Origin: Bdellovibrionota bacterium
Lineage (GTDB): Bacteria > Bdellovibrionota_C > UBA2361 > JAAYZI01
Length of the DNA: 64,000 nt
Direction: 5' to 3'
NCBI GenBank assembly: GCA_050950765.1
Contig: JBMNIF010000003.1
Location: 480,001 to 544,000, forward strand
The translations under genes and the position numbers were made by a program. The notes beneath the pieces were generated by a model. It made no database searches and was not told where the DNA came from. It worked only from the letters and a program-made list of their open reading frames with translations. This document shows, one piece after another, positions 11,183 to 19,961 of this stretch (positions are counted from its first letter, which is position 1; each line of letters opens with the position of its first letter).

Positions 11183-12235
11183 ATGATAAGCATAATAATT
11201 ATAGACCAAGGAAAAGGTGTCTTAGGGCGAAGAGGGGCAATGGATGCTATGCGTTCCGTTATCCCTGCTGATACAAATATCAACAGTCTAGATAATTCTA
11301 ATATTGAGCGCTTACGCGCTTTAGTATCAGAGATGAAAGATGAAGAATTAATTTTGTTCATCAACTCTAACGCCACAAAAGATCTAGTTGCAATGAAAAG
11401 GATCGTTGATGAAGCTACTGCAAAGCACAGTCATGAGATCATGATTGCTTCATGTATGGCTGATAATGATGAGATTAAACTTCCCAAACTAACACCATCA
11501 CACCTTGTTAGTGGTGTTTCTGAGTGTGATTTATGGCCAATAGGTTGTATCGCAGTACGTGCTTCATTTTTACATGCACACTTACGAACGGAAAAATCGA
11601 TCTCTGAGATCTTAATTTACTCTTTATGCGATGCGGGAATGAACAACATCCCGATCAAAACTTTCGATAGTCAGGTGAAGCTTAACCACAATCTTGACGA
11701 TGAAATTTGTATGATGTTTGCCGAACAACGTGCACGTTTATTGAATTATGTCGTTAATTCTTGCAACATTGAAGAGCTTTTTCCAAACCATCCTTGGAGC
11801 AAATACGAAACAGAATCTGCAGCAGCAAGTTATCAAACTTTAGCTGCTATATTCTACAAACTAGGAGATATTCAGGATGCCAAAGAGTGTCTCTCTTTGA
11901 GTGATAAACTTGAAGAGAGTCCTAGATCTTTAGCGCTTAGAGCGCTAATTGCAATGGATAATGGCGAAGCTCTCGGTGCTGTTGCTAACCTTATTTCAAG
12001 CTTGCAACGTTATGAGGTTAGAAAACGTAATGACAACGAAGATCATTATTTAACTTTCACTCCTCAAGATTTAGAAAAGATTAATGAACACTTAAATCAA
12101 GGACTGGAAGCTTTAAATCAACAAAACAATGTAGTTGCAGCGCACCATTTCGCAGCAGCGGTTTTTGATTTTGATGATTTTTATAAAGAAAATGGTGTTG
12201 ATGCTCTGTCAACACAGGGCGCAGAGCAGATATAA
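11183..12235 (+). CDS. Hypothetical protein with C-terminal TPR-like helices
   Basis: AAASYQTLAAIFYKLGDIQDAKECL is TPR-like. GAGGG precedes ATG 11183 (the ORF track starts at 11120). Confidence 0.7.
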   Translation: MISIIIIDQGKGVLGRRGAMDAMRSVIPADTNINSLDNSNIERLRALVSEMKDEELILFINSNATKDLVAMKRIVDEATAKHSHEIMIASCMADNDEIKLPKLTPSHLVSGVSECDLWPIGCIAVRASFLHAHLRTEKSISEILIYSLCDAGMNNIPIKTFDSQVKLNHNLDDEICMMFAEQRARLLNYVVNSCNIEELFPNHPWSKYETESAAASYQTLAAIFYKLGDIQDAKECLSLSDKLEESPRSLALRALIAMDNGEALGAVANLISSLQRYEVRKRNDNEDHYLTFTPQDLEKINEHLNQGLEALNQQNNVVAAHHFAAAVFDFDDFYKENGVDALSTQGAEQI

Positions 12236-12237
12236 TC

Positions 12238-12350
12238 ACTTTGTGGGTGGCATTAGTGCCACCCTTCAGGGATGACAGAGCGGGCATCGATTGCAGAACG
12301 GATTAGCCAGATCTTCACGGAGGTTAAAAAACTAGTGCCACCCACAAGTT
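12238..12350 (-). repeat. Inverted copy of the repeat unit flanked by inverted cores, locus 2
   Basis: TTGTGGGTGGCA (12241-12252) ... TGCCACCCACAA (12336-12347), plus a GGGTGGCA-TTAG-TGCCACCC hairpin at 12245-12264, between convergent genes. Confidence 0.9.
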
Positions 12351-12357
12351 AAAGCCC

Positions 12358-12972
12358 TTACTTTGATCTATTGCAGTAAAGAAAGATAAAAGCGCCTAAG
12401 ATTGCGCCAAGTGTATCAGCCAACATATCTTTTTGAGCGTCCCAGATATCGCCTTGAGAACCGAGAAATGCCGCACCAACTTCCCCACCATCTATTTCAG
12501 CATAAATCCACTCAATCAGCTCCCAAGCATTGGCTAGTGCCATAATAAAAATCACGCCGAAAAATGCCGCAACTTTTACAGAATTAACTCTTTTTGTCCT
12601 AAACAAAAACTCCGCCACACCAAAGGCATTAATACCGATAATAAAATGAGCAAACCTATCAAAATTATTACGCGTAAAACCGAAGAGAGAAGTAAAGAAA
12701 TCAAACGGTACCCGTTCAAACGAATAATGCGCACCTACTGTATGTAACACTAGCCAAAGAAAGACGATAAAATAGGCGGTATTAGAAAACTTAAAGAAAC
12801 GATAGGTCAGCACTAAGGCTAGCGTTACAATTAACACGCTGGAGATCTCAACATACCAAACTTTAATATCAAAAGGATTTATATATGACCAAATAATCAG
12901 GATGCTAAGAAGTAACAACAAAGTAACAGGAACAACTTTTTTTACAGATTTCATAAGATCACCATTTTTCAA
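12358..12972 (-). CDS. DUF2238 / YjdF-family inner membrane protein
   Basis: LHTVGAHYSFERVPF, RNNFDRFAHF, WELIEW and FLGSQGDIWDAQKDM. Confidence 0.9.
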   Translation of the reverse strand: MKNGDLMKSVKKVVPVTLLLLLSILIIWSYINPFDIKVWYVEISSVLIVTLALVLTYRFFKFSNTAYFIVFLWLVLHTVGAHYSFERVPFDFFTSLFGFTRNNFDRFAHFIIGINAFGVAEFLFRTKRVNSVKVAAFFGVIFIMALANAWELIEWIYAEIDGGEVGAAFLGSQGDIWDAQKDMLADTLGAILGAFIFLYCNRSK

Positions 12973-13060
12973 CTTTAAACTACCTCTTTAAGTAATTCCC
13001 CAACGTTATAACAAAACAATAAACTCTGAGGTAGCGCCAACTCCCGCCTTTGCTCACTAC

Positions 13061-13352
13061 TTTTTTTACCTCCGTAAAAAACCTAACTAATTCGTTTTTT
13101 AGTTTCAGCCCGTTCCATCGTCACTAAAGGGTGAATTTTTAACCTCCGTGAAAATCTAGCTAATTCATTTTTTAATATCAGCCCGTTCGATTGTCCCTAA
13201 TAGGTGGTAATAAATTTTTACCTCCGTACAGACCTAGTTGACTCGTTCTGCAGTTTCAGCCCGTTCCATCGTCACTGAAGGGTGAATTTTTAACCTCCGT
13301 GAAAATCTAGCTAATTCATTTTTTAATATCAGCCCGTTCAACTCTCCCTAGT
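13061..13352 (+). repeat. Four tandem repeat units in an ABAB arrangement, locus 3
   Basis: CAGCCCG anchors at 13106, 13179, 13257 and 13330 (spacing 73, 78, 73). Unit 1 resembles unit 3 and unit 2 resembles unit 4. Confidence 0.95.
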
Positions 13353-13370
13353 GCAATAAATCACCCCGCA

Positions 13371-14462
13371 CTATTTAAGTTCTATTAACTCATATGCAGT
13401 GCTTCCTAACCCTAAACTTTCAGCATGCTCTATCTGACGAGTAGCATGTATCTCCGGCCACAATTCTTTAAAAATATCTCTTCCAAAAGTTTTTAATCCA
13501 AGATCATAGGCTGCCTTATCAACCGCAACAGGATCTGCACTTGCTAAGATCGCCACATCATTAAAAAGCACCGGATTGTGCCCACCTTCGCAGTCACAAT
13601 GCTTCGTTACATGATAAAAATAATTTATAAATACCGTTTTCCCCTTAGAACAGTGGTGTTTAGCAGCACCGTAAGCATATTCCGCCAACTTCTCTTGAAA
13701 GGTATCATTAACACCTGCCCAACTAAAAGTAATAGCCTCTCTCGTGCAAGCAGTATAACACCCACCACACCCAGTACACTTCTCTGAAAAAAGTGCCAAT
13801 TTTTTATCAATAACCTTTAACGCTTCATGATTACAAAATTGAGTACACACACCACAAGCCACACACTTTTTATAATTTATATGTGGTCGAAAATCTGAAT
13901 GTTGCGCCAACTTCCCAGCACGACTAGCCATCCCCATGCCAAGATTCTTAATAGCACCTCCGATACCAGCCATGCCATGACCTTTAACATGAGACAAAAC
14001 TACTAAGGAATCAAAGAAAGGAATATCCGGTACAAGATAAACTTTCTTAAAGTGCTTCCCGTCAATTTCTACTTCATGTCGTATCTGTCCGTTCAGACCA
14101 TCCATTATTACAATCGGCGCACCAACTTTATCAAAGGTAAAGCCGTGCTCATAAGCGATATTTAGGTGATCATACGTGTTTGAGCGTTGTCCGTGATAAA
14201 GTGTATTTGTTTCTACTAATAACGGTCGCCCTAATCTCTCTTTAATTTTACTGATAACAACTTTCGTCACTTCAGGTTTAATAAAGCCTTCATTATCTTT
14301 TTCACCGAAGTGTTGCTTTACTGCCACGATTTTATTTTTTGAAATAATTGAAAGGAGCTTTGATTCATGTAGAATTTGAGAGGTTTTTATTTTTAATTCA
14401 TCTAGAGACGCTTCTGCAGAAAGGGGAATCATCCATACTTTAGGTTTTTTAAGTTCTTCCAT
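13371..14462 (-). CDS. DUF362 domain protein with 2x[4Fe-4S] ferredoxin domain
   Basis: VAVKQHFGE, LSHVKGH...GGAIKNLGMG, CVACGVC/CTGCGGC and DPVAVDKA. Confidence 0.9.
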   Translation of the reverse strand: MEELKKPKVWMIPLSAEASLDELKIKTSQILHESKLLSIISKNKIVAVKQHFGEKDNEGFIKPEVTKVVISKIKERLGRPLLVETNTLYHGQRSNTYDHLNIAYEHGFTFDKVGAPIVIMDGLNGQIRHEVEIDGKHFKKVYLVPDIPFFDSLVVLSHVKGHGMAGIGGAIKNLGMGMASRAGKLAQHSDFRPHINYKKCVACGVCTQFCNHEALKVIDKKLALFSEKCTGCGGCYTACTREAITFSWAGVNDTFQEKLAEYAYGAAKHHCSKGKTVFINYFYHVTKHCDCEGGHNPVLFNDVAILASADPVAVDKAAYDLGLKTFGRDIFKELWPEIHATRQIEHAESLGLGSTAYELIELK

Positions 14463-14536
14463 TCTTCCACCTGATAATTAACGACAAACGACAAAACGCT
14501 AGCTCACTAAAACGCTTCAAGAACAGATTGTTAGAC

Positions 14537-14660
14537 CTGACTTCCGAGTGTAGGTACTTTTTAAATTTACCAATTTAGGATCAGTTTAGGATACCCACTT
14601 TTAGCAAAAATCTGAGTTTTTACCAACATCATAATATTATTGGATTATTATAATCTTAAG
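14537..14660 (+). repeat. Degenerate TAGGAYACCCAC/IHF module, locus 4
   Basis: CTGACTTCCGAGTGTAGGTACTT...TAGGATACCCACTTTTAGC...ATATTATT aligns with 17301-17405. The IHF site has 2 mismatches. Confidence 0.75.
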
Positions 14661-14708
14661 ATTCAAACACCTTAATCGCAAAGCTCACAACAAAGGAGGG
14701 TAATGCTA

Positions 14709-17108
14709 TTATTTTATTGAAAGTAAATGATAACTCTTTTGCTTAGTTAAAAGTGAACTTCTGTGTGATAATAAAGCTTCTTTTAGTACTGCCTTATCCT
14801 TGCTCGCATTGGAAAGAACAGCTTTTGCGTAGTTAAGTAGCAAGCGCCTGTCTTCTAATTCATTTTCAAGATATATCTTCATTGATGTAATTTCTGCCAA
14901 CCGTTCTGCCGTAGCAGCACGCTCCTTCTCTATGGCAGCAACCACAATAGGCTCTGCTTCTTTTAATTTGTCATTGTATTCTCGCACAGCGAAAACTACC
15001 TTCTCCTGCTGAGTAGCATCGTTCGGATTATAATAAGCCATCTCCGTTTCCTGTTGAACCTTATACGAAACGGCATTAAGCTCTCTCCAGATCTTATCGA
15101 CTTCAGGCGAGAATGGAGCAATTTCAGAAACCATTTGATAAACTTTATGCTCTTTTGCATAACGCTTACCACGACCAACCCAGATTACATTTTTATTTTC
15201 CTGTAACTTCCCCTCTTTTTTTAGCTCCTTTAATTTCATCTCAAGATTGGCAATTTCCGATTCTTCTTGCTTTAAATTAAAGGTATCATCCCGTATCGGT
15301 GCCTCTGAAGATGCTAGACGCTCATCAATCCTCTCTATCCTTTTCTGAAGAGCGTCAACCTCTCCCTTTGACTCAAGTAATCCGATATTTTCTCTGCCAA
15401 GTACCTTCGTTAGCGGTGCACTTAAACCTCCCGCTCCATACGTTTCTTGCACTATTTCAGTTGCAGCCAACTCAAGCGCAGTTACCTCAAGTTGAGGCTC
15501 AGGTTTTTTAGCCGCTGTTTCTTTCGGAACGGCAATCTCCCCATCGTCTTTCTCCACATCTTCTTTCGGAACAACAACCTCACTATCCTCTTTCGGAGCA
15601 GGAACCTCAGTTTCATTAGATATATCTTCATCAAGGACAAGTTGAGGTTCAGGTTTGCTAACGATCTCGTCTTCCGAAATAATAACTTCAGTCTCGTTAG
15701 ATATATTTTCATCAAGACTCTGCAGGGTATCAGCATCATACTCTTTCGTTGTCTCAATTTTTTCAGGTAGATCATTTTCTTGTTGTAACGGCAACACTTC
15801 TTGAGGAGTAACGTTAAGAGCTATATTATTATCAGATATATCTTTCTCATTATCGGACATATCATCATTTTCATAACTTGCACTTAACGCCGCCATAATA
15901 GTAGAAGTGGTTGAGAAAGTATTTTTGGAATACGCCATATAAGCCACAACCACACATACAATACAAAACAGCCCGATTAAATTTATAAAGTATCTTCGTG
16001 AGTTTTTCTTATAAACTTCTCTCTCTATCTGCGCCGCATTTTCTAATAGAGACCCTGAAAAGATACTTTCAGAATTATTAAGTTCATTCCGTAAAAACGC
16101 CCCTTCTTCCGAATAAGATGTTTTCTCTTCAGGTATATTAAAGCTCTCCTCATCCGAAAGTGTTTGATCGAGCTTCTCTGTCGTTTGTGCATCAGCGTGT
16201 GTTATTTCATTAGCTAAATTTTCCGACTGCTGGATAGGCTCGTCTTCTAACGTGCCCTCAAAAGTATCATTTGCTGAATCTCCTTCAAGATCATCAACAA
16301 CACTCAACCCTTCGGCATCAAGCTCTCTCTGTTTTTTTCCAATATTAATACCAAATTCGATGGCTATGCAGGTTATATTATCAACACCACCGTGTTTATT
16401 CGCTAAATCAACTAATGCCTGCGCCACATCCTCTGTCGGTGTACTATTAAAAATATTTAAGATCTCCTGATTGTCCACCATATTATAAAGACCATCAGAA
16501 CATATTAAATATTTATCTCCGTTCATAGGATTTGATGGGCATGGCCAACAATCAACCTCGACTAATGGAGTAGGTCCTAGCGATCTTGTCAGCATGTGCG
16601 AAATAGGGTGATTTTCAACTTGCCCTTCCGTAATAGCTCCAGATTTTAAAAGCTCAGATACAAGAGTATGATCTTCTGTTAGCTGTTCAATTCCTCCCTT
16701 TCTAATTCGATATGCCCTCGAATCTCCAACATTTAAAACAAACAGTTCAGAATCATGAAAATACAACCCTGCAACAGTAGTCCCCATCCCTGCCAACTCA
16801 GGTTGCTCAACACCACGATCAAAAATCGCAGAATTAGCTTGAATAGCAGCAGTCGCTAGATCTTCAACAGTTAAAGAGTTACGCCCTTCGATATATTCAG
16901 TAAAAATTCTTACCGCTAATTGCGACGCTACCGCTCCCCCCTTAACGCCGCCCATACCATCAGCCACGATAAAGAGGATATCTTTACCAACTTCAAAGAC
17001 AGAAACTGAATCCTGATTCTCTACCCGTCGTCGTCCCACGTCACTGCAAATAGAGTAACGTATGTTGTTGAGTACGCTATCTTCGATATGAGGAGCTAAG
17101 GTCGCCAT
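14709..17108 (-). CDS. PP2C/Stp1-type Ser/Thr phosphatase with TM helix and long acidic/coiled-coil C-terminal region
   Basis: SDVGRRRVENQD, VADGMGG, GMGTT, NVGDSRAY, CSDGL and GGVDNIT; TM segment LIGLFCIVCVVVAYMAY. Confidence 0.9.
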   Translation of the reverse strand: MATLAPHIEDSVLNNIRYSICSDVGRRRVENQDSVSVFEVGKDILFIVADGMGGVKGGAVASQLAVRIFTEYIEGRNSLTVEDLATAAIQANSAIFDRGVEQPELAGMGTTVAGLYFHDSELFVLNVGDSRAYRIRKGGIEQLTEDHTLVSELLKSGAITEGQVENHPISHMLTRSLGPTPLVEVDCWPCPSNPMNGDKYLICSDGLYNMVDNQEILNIFNSTPTEDVAQALVDLANKHGGVDNITCIAIEFGINIGKKQRELDAEGLSVVDDLEGDSANDTFEGTLEDEPIQQSENLANEITHADAQTTEKLDQTLSDEESFNIPEEKTSYSEEGAFLRNELNNSESIFSGSLLENAAQIEREVYKKNSRRYFINLIGLFCIVCVVVAYMAYSKNTFSTTSTIMAALSASYENDDMSDNEKDISDNNIALNVTPQEVLPLQQENDLPEKIETTKEYDADTLQSLDENISNETEVIISEDEIVSKPEPQLVLDEDISNETEVPAPKEDSEVVVPKEDVEKDDGEIAVPKETAAKKPEPQLEVTALELAATEIVQETYGAGGLSAPLTKVLGRENIGLLESKGEVDALQKRIERIDERLASSEAPIRDDTFNLKQEESEIANLEMKLKELKKEGKLQENKNVIWVGRGKRYAKEHKVYQMVSEIAPFSPEVDKIWRELNAVSYKVQQETEMAYYNPNDATQQEKVVFAVREYNDKLKEAEPIVVAAIEKERAATAERLAEITSMKIYLENELEDRRLLLNYAKAVLSNASKDKAVLKEALLSHRSSLLTKQKSYHLLSIK

Positions 17109-17300
17109 TAAAAGTTCTTCGCGTGTTTAAACAAAAAAAGATTATTGATTTATACTTTATTGAAAAGAGATCCGGCAGCATAAACGAGCACCCACCCTCT
17201 TCGCAATAAGCAGCACTGATTAGACGTCATCAGAAACGATATAGATTCAGGCATTTACGAAGAAAATGAGGTGGTCTTTTAAAATTGCAACCTTATTTTC

Positions 17301-17694
17301 CTGACTCCAAAGTGTAGATACTTTCTTCTTTTTAGGACACCCACTTTTAGCTAAATCTTAAGCTTACACTAACGTTTTGATATTATTAAGTTATTGTAAT
17401 TTTAGAGTTTGGGTGTCCTATTTGTATGCTTTGACCTCCGTCTAAATCTAGCTGATCTTGCTCTGCAATCGCGCCCGTTCCAATTTTTTGACCTACGTCT
17501 AGATCTACCTAGTGGGTGGCACCAAATTTTTAACCTCCGTCCAGATCTTTGACCTCCGTCTAAACCTAGCTGATCTTGCTCTGCAATCGCGCCCGTTCCA
17601 ATTTTTTGACCTACGTCTAGATCTAAGTGATCCGCTTTTCTGTTTCAGCCCCGTTTTATTACCCCTAGTAAGTGAAGAGAGCGTCCTTGAAGGA
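17301..17694 (+). repeat. Repeat cluster, locus 5: inverted-repeat/IHF element plus duplicated units
   Basis: TAGGACACCCA (17333-17343) / TGGGTGTCCTA (17410-17420) with an IHF site at 17370-17382; 79-bp direct repeat 17429-17507 vs 17547-17625 (1 mismatch); core at 17514. Confidence 0.95.
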
Positions 17695-17709
17695 TGAAGA
17701 TACCTTACT

Positions 17710-18615
17710 TTACCTTACATATTTCACAAATGGACGTTGTATAATAAAATCTTCGTCATAGACCTGACTAGCTAAACGATCTGCCAAGTTTCTATCTTTT
17801 TCAGGACCAGCAAGAACTCTATAAAATTGATCTCCAGCGACACTTGCTGACTCTATAACTGCGGGGAACCCCGTAGAACGCAATTTATACAATACCTCCT
17901 TCGCATCTCCCAAGTTCCTAAAAGAACCTACCTGCGCATACCAACCCCTACTTACCTTTTCGACCTGCTCCTGAGGCGGCTCAGGTTTTTTTTCAACATT
18001 GCTTAACTTCGGAGTTATCTTTTCCAGCTCCTGTTTCTCCTCTTCTACCTGCTTTTCCCCCTCTTCCTGTTTTTTTTCTTCTTCACCTTCTTTATATTTT
18101 TCAGCCTCTTTCTCTTCTAGCGGGCGTAGCAGCTTCCCCAGAGTCTCCTCCTTTTCATCTTGTTGAGAGAGGTCTTGTTGGGATAACGTTTTTTCCAACT
18201 GATCTACTTCAGCCTGCCCTAACAACTCTTTTTTATCACCTTCTTTTTTATCACTCTCTTCAATTAAAGCTGCTGCCAGATCCCCTATCATGGGAGCTCC
18301 CGCAGCGTCATCTATCGACTTTAAGACAGGCACTTCTCGCTCTTTTTGACTAGAATCGGCACCTTCAGCATGCTTAGATACTGTCCCAAGCTTGGCATAA
18401 ACATTAGAAACCTGCTCCGGATCTAACTGCTTTTTATACAAATTTCTTACTATCGGATATTTAGGAACTCCAACCAAAGCCTCATTCATAGCATTGTCAT
18501 ATCCGCTTTTTTGCCCAAAATAAAAACCGGACAAATAAGAGACAATCATAAATGCCATCACGACACCAACAATTGCTACCACCCAAAAGATGCTAAGCTT
18601 TATTTCCTTCTGCAT
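17710..18615 (-). CDS. SPOR domain cell-division protein (FtsN/DedD-like)
   Basis: N-terminal TM, charged linker and C-terminal GWYAQVGSF...LRSTGF...YRVLAGP. Start taken at MQKEIK (the ORF track starts at 18681). Confidence 0.88.
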   Translation of the reverse strand: MQKEIKLSIFWVVAIVGVVMAFMIVSYLSGFYFGQKSGYDNAMNEALVGVPKYPIVRNLYKKQLDPEQVSNVYAKLGTVSKHAEGADSSQKEREVPVLKSIDDAAGAPMIGDLAAALIEESDKKEGDKKELLGQAEVDQLEKTLSQQDLSQQDEKEETLGKLLRPLEEKEAEKYKEGEEEKKQEEGEKQVEEEKQELEKITPKLSNVEKKPEPPQEQVEKVSRGWYAQVGSFRNLGDAKEVLYKLRSTGFPAVIESASVAGDQFYRVLAGPEKDRNLADRLASQVYDEDFIIQRPFVKYVR

Positions 18616-18653
18616 GAGATTACTACCAAAAGATACACAAGAACAAAAAAGTA

Positions 18654-19874
18654 TTAAGACTCTCCGAGCCAAGTCCCCCAAGTCTTGATTGTATCCGACA
18701 ATATACTATCTACACCAGTCAAAATCTCTCCAATTTCATCGGATATTTTTCCTTGATCTAGCGCAATCCGCAAAAGCGGATCTCCTGCTACCTCCAAAAC
18801 ACCGTATAAAAACTGAGACAAAACCAGAACATACTCTCGAACATTCCCATTTAACGCCGCATCCTTCAGAAAAAACGGCAAGAAAAAGCCTCTCCTCATA
18901 AGAAAACCTAATTTTTCAGGAACTTTTCTATAATCAGGGACAACAGAAGCGCTTTTCTTTAAAGACAATCTTTTAAATCTAATAGCGAGAGAGCTTAACA
19001 ACCATAAAAGATTATCACTCTCGGCGAACTTTGCCGTACAAAGTTGCAAATCCACACCTTGCTTCTCCCCTGCTAAATAAAAACACAAAGCCATTAAATC
19101 TTTTTCAGACCATTCTTCAAGGTTTTTAAGGTCAGACAGGTCATCACACCCTGATAGCCAGCCCCGCTGCGGACAAGATAATTGAACGTTATCACAGGTA
19201 GCAACTTTCTCATGATATAACTGATTAAACTCTCTCTTTTTGATTGACGAAGGCGCTAGCCATAAGTGAGTCTTAACTTCTTTTCTATCTTCAAGAACAG
19301 AATATAACTCTTCTTTAAGCTCCACACCTGAAAGTTCTTGCATCTGCTTTATCTGCCAAAAAATCTCGGAATAAATTTTCTTTAATGAAATCTCATCTTC
19401 AAAATTAAGAACTTTTTTCGCTCCAAAGGTAATATCAGTAGCAACTCCACAGATACGTGCAGAGACAAAATGCAACGCAGCTAAAGCACTCAATCTAAAA
19501 AACTCATCTTTAGAGGCATATCTTGAAAATGAAGGAAGCACGACGGAGATCTTCGTCGGCAAAGTTTCTGTAACGACACTAAAAGACCTCTCCCGCTCAT
19601 CCCAACTTTCCGCTAACGGCACTAAAAAAGCATTTAAAAAATCGTTCTCAAAAGAACACTGCCCTGAAAAATTCGTCGGTAGATTCGCAATAATTTCAGC
19701 CGCCACTTGGGCAGGTGAACAACGCAAAAACTTACCTATCCTTTGCGGACAATCACTAACAACATCACCATACGAAAGAGAAAGTACCGGAACAAAGAAG
19801 GCATCTCCGAGATATTCCGGCCAAAGTTTTTGCACTGTCTGTTTCAATTCAGCATTAGCTTTAAGAAAACTCAT
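18654..19874 (-). CDS. Degenerate arginyl-tRNA synthetase-like protein (probable pseudoenzyme)
   Basis: N-terminal YGDVVSDCPQRIGKFLRCSPAQVAAEII...FLN resembles the ArgRS N-domain; C-terminal DALR-like helices; no HIGH or KMSKS-like motif; upstream of a SPOR gene. Confidence 0.65.
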   Translation of the reverse strand: MSFLKANAELKQTVQKLWPEYLGDAFFVPVLSLSYGDVVSDCPQRIGKFLRCSPAQVAAEIIANLPTNFSGQCSFENDFLNAFLVPLAESWDERERSFSVVTETLPTKISVVLPSFSRYASKDEFFRLSALAALHFVSARICGVATDITFGAKKVLNFEDEISLKKIYSEIFWQIKQMQELSGVELKEELYSVLEDRKEVKTHLWLAPSSIKKREFNQLYHEKVATCDNVQLSCPQRGWLSGCDDLSDLKNLEEWSEKDLMALCFYLAGEKQGVDLQLCTAKFAESDNLLWLLSSLAIRFKRLSLKKSASVVPDYRKVPEKLGFLMRRGFFLPFFLKDAALNGNVREYVLVLSQFLYGVLEVAGDPLLRIALDQGKISDEIGEILTGVDSILSDTIKTWGTWLGES

Positions 19875-19961
19875 TTTTAGATCTCACAAAACAAAGGTGT
19901 TAAGTTTCTCCTGTGTAATATCCGTAATATCTTTTTTTTCAGTAACGACATAAGAGTTGTA

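Noticed and set aside
12238..17694. Integron cassette array
   Set aside because: There is no integrase, the repeats lack properly placed RYYYAAC/GTTRRRY attC ends, and one flanked gene is a large core-type gene.
17512..17697. 61-aa ORF
   Set aside because: It lies entirely within repeat units.
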